From assembly GCA_001794905.1 (NCBI GenBank), contig MGLW01000035.1:1-18363 (forward strand): 18,363 bases of DNA, in the 5' to 3' direction. The notes under the pieces are model-generated. The model did not search any database and was not told where the DNA came from. It saw nothing but the letters and a program-made list of their open reading frames with translations. Made by a program: the position numbers and the translations under genes. Every line of letters starts with the position of its first letter. Position 1 is the first letter of the stretch. This document shows, piece after piece, positions 14,521 through 18,363 of this stretch. The stretch is from Chlamydiae bacterium RIFCSPHIGHO2_12_FULL_49_11. Its GTDB lineage: Bacteria > Chlamydiota > Chlamydiia > Chlamydiales > 2-12-FULL-49-11.

Positions 14521-15912
14521 GTGAATATTGTTCATGTCTCGGCTGAATACTATCCTTTTGCGAAGGTGGGAGGGTTAGCAGATGTGGTGTACGGCCTTTC
14601 CCATCAACAAACAAAGATGAGGATGCGAGTATCTGTCTTCATTCCGGAGTATTCGCTACTCGACAGGGAACAGTTGGGTGAAGGCGAGCGGGTCTACGAA
14701 GGGAGGTTGAAAAACGTCTCCTATTCTGTTGTTCGATATACCCATCAAAAAACGGCCGTCTATCTTTTCCGCTTTTCGGATCGTCTTTTCGATCGAGATT
14801 CGATTTACGGGCAAAAGGACGATTTTACCCGTTTTCTCCAATTTTCTTTGGCTTGCAGTGATTTCCTTTTGCAAAAGAAAGTGAAAGCCGATGTAGTGCA
14901 CTTGCACGACTGGCAGGCAGCATACGCCTCATTTCTCATCAAACCCCTTGGGTGTAAGATTGTACTTACCTTGCACAACCTCGAACATCAAGGACGCGGC
15001 CCGATCGGCGAACTCCTCCAACTGGCCCCCAGCGTCCCATGGATCGGCAAAGACGAAGTGAACCTCCTTGAAATCGGCATTGATCAGGCCGATGTTGTCG
15101 TAACGGTTTCTCCCCGTTATAAAGAAGAAATTTTGACCTGGCAGGGGAGCTGGGGTCTCGACGCCGCTTTAGGAAGAAACCGGCACAAATTGCACGGCAT
15201 CATCAACGGCCTCGGAGATGCGCCTTTCAACCCCCGAGATGACCGGTTTTTAACGGAAAAATTACAAGGCGAATCTATCCAAAGCATTCTATCCTTCAAA
15301 AAAAGTGCAAAAAAAGAGCTGCAGGAGCTGCTCGGAAAGCGGCTGATCACCCCTCTCATCGTTACCGTGTCACGCCTAGCGCATCAGAAAGGGCTCGACT
15401 TCATGACCCATTTGTGCGAGATGACCGAAACCCTCGGGTGCTCGTATCTAATCCTCGGCATCCCGGCTACAAACGAACTGGGGAAACATTTTGCCTACCT
15501 GAAAGAAAAATACCGCGATAGTCCTTACGTCCATATCTCCCTCGAGTTCAATTTACGCCTTTCCCATTTGGCTTTTGCAGCAGCCGACTTTACCTACATC
15601 CCTTCCCTCTTCGAGCCTTGCGGTCTGACCCAAATGATCGGCATCCGTTACAAATCGATCCCGATCGCCCGCGCAACGGGGGGCCTGATTAATACTATCC
15701 ACGATTACAACGATAAAAACATCCCTCAGCAAGAGAGAAACGGCTACCTCTTTTCAGGCTGGGGATTCGATCCCTCGGACAGCGCCATCCGGCGCGCCTT
15801 GCAAGATTACAACAACAAGAAAAATTTTGAAGACCACCTTCTCAATCTTAGCAAATTCCGCTTTAGCTGGGACGAGCCGGAACGCGCCTACTTTGCACTC
15901 TACAAATCATAA
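14521..15912 (+). CDS. glgA: Glycogen synthase (GT5)
   Basis: AEYYPFAKVGGLADV, HLHDWQ, TLHNLEHQG, TVSPRY, VSRLAHQKG, PSLFEPCGLTQM, RATGGL. GTG start. Confidence 0.97.
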   Translation: MNIVHVSAEYYPFAKVGGLADVVYGLSHQQTKMRMRVSVFIPEYSLLDREQLGEGERVYEGRLKNVSYSVVRYTHQKTAVYLFRFSDRLFDRDSIYGQKDDFTRFLQFSLACSDFLLQKKVKADVVHLHDWQAAYASFLIKPLGCKIVLTLHNLEHQGRGPIGELLQLAPSVPWIGKDEVNLLEIGIDQADVVVTVSPRYKEEILTWQGSWGLDAALGRNRHKLHGIINGLGDAPFNPRDDRFLTEKLQGESIQSILSFKKSAKKELQELLGKRLITPLIVTVSRLAHQKGLDFMTHLCEMTETLGCSYLILGIPATNELGKHFAYLKEKYRDSPYVHISLEFNLRLSHLAFAAADFTYIPSLFEPCGLTQMIGIRYKSIPIARATGGLINTIHDYNDKNIPQQERNGYLFSGWGFDPSDSAIRRALQDYNNKKNFEDHLLNLSKFRFSWDEPERAYFALYKS

Positions 15913-16518
15913 AGAAGTTTTTTTTCCCGACGGGGCGCGCCACGATTCGAGGATAAATTTGCGATACGTCCATACGTATTCGAAAGCCGAAAAGACGGTG
16001 TAGATCGCCACCGTTCCTACAATCCATTTACTGAGGGATCGAAAGGTCTTCAATGTCACCATGCCGTGGCCGTATATCACCATCAGCAGCACAACCAAAA
16101 AGATCGCGACTCCCTGGAGTACCGCCTTGATTTTTCCGCTGGTGCGGGCTGCGAGGGCAATCCCCCTCAGAGCGCAGAGGGTTCGAAGGGTCGAAATGAC
16201 CCCGTCTCGCACAACAAAAAGGAGGACGAGAAGGAGCGGCAAGCGGACGATCCCTTGGGTAAAAGCAAGGAATACCGAGATGCGGGCAATGCTGTCGGCC
16301 ATCGGGTCGAGAATTTTTCCGAGTTCGGTCACCTGGTTGCGCCGGCGCGCCACCCGGCCGTCAAAAATATCGGAAAGTTCGCTAAGAAAAATTAAAATTA
16401 AAAGTGTATAGCCGAGCGTGGCCGGACCAAGGCCCAATTTTCCGGCAAAGAGATAGAGACAGATGAACACCGGAGCGATGATAAGCCGGCTGAGCGTTAA
16501 AAAGAGTGCAAGCCCCAA
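15907..16518 (-). CDS. pgsA: CDP-diacylglycerol--glycerol-3-phosphate 3-phosphatidyltransferase
   Basis: LTLSRL, CDP-alcohol phosphatidyltransferase motif SDIFDGRVARRRNQVTELGKILDPMADS, and GKIK. The TTG at 16518 follows a purine-rich SD (GAAGGAAGG) and is preferred over the track's start at 16572. Confidence 0.93.
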   Translation of the reverse strand: MGLALFLTLSRLIIAPVFICLYLFAGKLGLGPATLGYTLLILIFLSELSDIFDGRVARRRNQVTELGKILDPMADSIARISVFLAFTQGIVRLPLLLVLLFVVRDGVISTLRTLCALRGIALAARTSGKIKAVLQGVAIFLVVLLMVIYGHGMVTLKTFRSLSKWIVGTVAIYTVFSAFEYVWTYRKFILESWRAPSGKKTSL

Positions 16519-16616
16519 ATTTTTCCTTCCTTCTTGTATCAAAAGAGTGTACCAGAAAAGATAAAAATTCAAAATCTCTTTCTTTGCGAGAGGAAATCTG
16601 ATACGATCTCACCCCA

Positions 16617-18363
16617 ATGAAGACCTTTCAGGAAGTGATTCACACCCTCGAAACCTATTGGACCAAGCAAGGGTGTATTTTGCAGCAAAGCTACGATTTG
16701 GAATCGGGCGCGGGTACTTTCCATCCCGAAACGTTCCTGCGTGTGGCCGGACCGGAGCCTTACAACGTATGTCACGCCGCCGTCAGCAAACGCCCTTCCG
16801 ACGGACGGTATGCGCAAAATCCCAACCGGCTGCAGCGGTTCCACCAGTTTCAGGTCCTAATGAAACCATGTCCTCCTAATTTGCAGGCCCTCTATCTCGG
16901 ATCGCTCGAAGCTCTCGGTTTCAATCTCAAAAAACACGACATCCGCTTTGTGCACGACGATTGGGAATCCCCTTCGCAAGGAGCGTGGGGCCTAGGTTGG
17001 GAAGTATGGTGCGACGGCATGGAAGTGACTCAGTTTACCTATTTCCAGTCGGTCGGCGGCATTGCCCTCACCGTCATTCCGGGGGAGCTGGCTTACGGGA
17101 TCGAGCGCATCGCGATGTTCCTACAAGACAAAAGCAGCGTCTACGACGTGAAGTATAATGAAACGTTGACCTACGGCGACGTCTTTAAACAAACCGAGAT
17201 TGAATCCTGCTACTACAACTTCGAATATGCAAATCGCGACCTTCTTTTACACGAGTTTACCTCTTACGAACATGAAGCGCGCAAATTCATAAAATTACGG
17301 CTTCCCACTGTGGCCTACGATTTTGCCATTCGGGCCTCGCACACCTTCAATCTGCTCGAAGCACGGCGCGCTCTTTCCACCACGGCACGCACCGACATGC
17401 TCCACCGCGTCCGCGCTCTTTCGTGCGAGAGCCTTGCCCTTTATACTGAAATCCGAGAAAAATTGGGATTTCCCCTCCTCCCAAAAGCAACCACAACCCC
17501 TTCTACTGCCGTCATTCCTTCGGAAAAAGCGGTATCTGCCGCCCTCGAACCGTTTCTCCTCGAAATCGGAACGGAAGAAATTCCCGCAGAATGTTTTCCG
17601 GGTGCGATCGATGATTTCAAGCACAAACTGGAAACGTTCTTCATCGAAGAAGGGATCGGTTTTTCCTATATCGAAGCCTACTCTACCCCCAGGCGTCTTG
17701 CACTCATGGTGCATGAGCTCCAAACAGCCACACAAACAGAGTCCATCGAGAAAAAAGGGCCGAAGCGTGCGATCCTCTTTGATGCTACCGGCTCTCTCAC
17801 AAAGCAGGGAGAAGGTTTTTTTCACAAAATGGGGCTTCGGCCGGAAAAAGCATCGTTCAATGATGAAGGGCACCTCGTCTATCATGAAACGATTCACGGA
17901 AAAATAGCGGCAAGAGTGCTCCAAGAAAAGCTTCCCACCCTCATTGCATCGATCCATTTTCCCAAAAAAATGGTGTGGGAAGAGAATGCCCCCCCCTTTG
18001 TACGTCCTATCCGGTGGATTGTTGCTCTTCTCGGCTCCCACGTTGTGCGCTTTGCTTATGGAAGTGTCGTCAGTTCAAACATCACCTGCGGCCATAAGCA
18101 AACATTTCCGAAACCGGTCCCCATTCCTCACCCGAAGAAATATATTTCCCTGCTGCGCCGCAAAGGTGTGATTGCCTGTCCGAAAGAGCGGCGCCGCTTC
18201 CTCGAAAAACAGCTTGCATTGCAGCTAAAAAAATATGGTGCCGTAATCCCACGGCAGAGTGCACTTGTAGAGGAAGTCTTGTACCTTTCGGAATGTCCGC
18301 ACATCGACACCCTTACCTTTGACCCGAAATATCTCATCTTGCCGCGAGAACTTCTTATTTCCG
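16617..18363 (+). CDS. glyQS: Glycine--tRNA ligase, fused alpha/beta subunits (truncated by the window end)
   Basis: Manual translation from the ATG at 16617: MKTFQEVI...GAGTFHPETFLR...RPSDGRYAQNPNRLQ...DDWESPSQGAWGLGWEVWCDGMEVTQFTYFQ...SHTFNLLEAR. It continues in the same frame through a Pro/Thr/Ala linker into the beta-subunit start FLLEIGTEEIP (17553), then TPRRLAL, KKGP and FVRPIRWIVAL. No stop before the window edge. Confidence 0.96.
   Translation, partial: MKTFQEVIHTLETYWTKQGCILQQSYDLESGAGTFHPETFLRVAGPEPYNVCHAAVSKRPSDGRYAQNPNRLQRFHQFQVLMKPCPPNLQALYLGSLEALGFNLKKHDIRFVHDDWESPSQGAWGLGWEVWCDGMEVTQFTYFQSVGGIALTVIPGELAYGIERIAMFLQDKSSVYDVKYNETLTYGDVFKQTEIESCYYNFEYANRDLLLHEFTSYEHEARKFIKLRLPTVAYDFAIRASHTFNLLEARRALSTTARTDMLHRVRALSCESLALYTEIREKLGFPLLPKATTTPSTAVIPSEKAVSAALEPFLLEIGTEEIPAECFPGAIDDFKHKLETFFIEEGIGFSYIEAYSTPRRLALMVHELQTATQTESIEKKGPKRAILFDATGSLTKQGEGFFHKMGLRPEKASFNDEGHLVYHETIHGKIAARVLQEKLPTLIASIHFPKKMVWEENAPPFVRPIRWIVALLGSHVVRFAYGSVVSSNITCGHKQTFPKPVPIPHPKKYISLLRRKGVIACPKERRRFLEKQLALQLKKYGAVIPRQSALVEEVLYLSECPHIDTLTFDPKYLILPRELLIS

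Noticed and set aside
16569..18337. Track ORFs of 248 aa (-), 194 aa (+) and several shorter ones
   Set aside because: All are shadow frames of glyQS, which has clear motifs in a different frame.

Overview
A compact, mostly housekeeping region of a Chlamydiae genome, probably an environmental (non-Chlamydiaceae) lineage. This assignment is inferred from the fused glyQS gene and the chlamydial gene order glyQS / pgsA / glgA / tRNA-Gln / rplY-pth-rpsF-rpsR-rplI. Left to right: a divergent GT9 (heptosyltransferase-like) gene, a basic hypothetical protein, an Icc-like metallophosphoesterase, a YkgJ-type CxxCxxCC protein, a 66-aa orphan with a near-consensus promoter, a phosphohexomutase, a 1011-aa orphan with ~35-aa repeats, htpX, a minus-strand hldD-hldE-CX5R phosphatase operon, the ribosomal-protein/pth block, tRNA-Gln(UUG), a 65-aa ORF, glgA, pgsA, and the first ~580 codons of glyQS (missing from the ORF track because it has no stop in the window). 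No mobile elements, CRISPR arrays or long DNA repeats were seen. The strongest leads are: (i) an ADP-heptose operon in which HldE has a degenerate adenylyltransferase domain and a membrane-anchored CX5R phosphatase is coupled downstream, with no GmhB in the window; (ii) a repeat protein with an NEL-like C-terminus, a candidate effector; (iii) a strand-specific RNA structure between tRNA-Gln and rplY; (iv) several apparently leaderless transcripts. All functional calls come from reading motifs by eye; no database searches were run.
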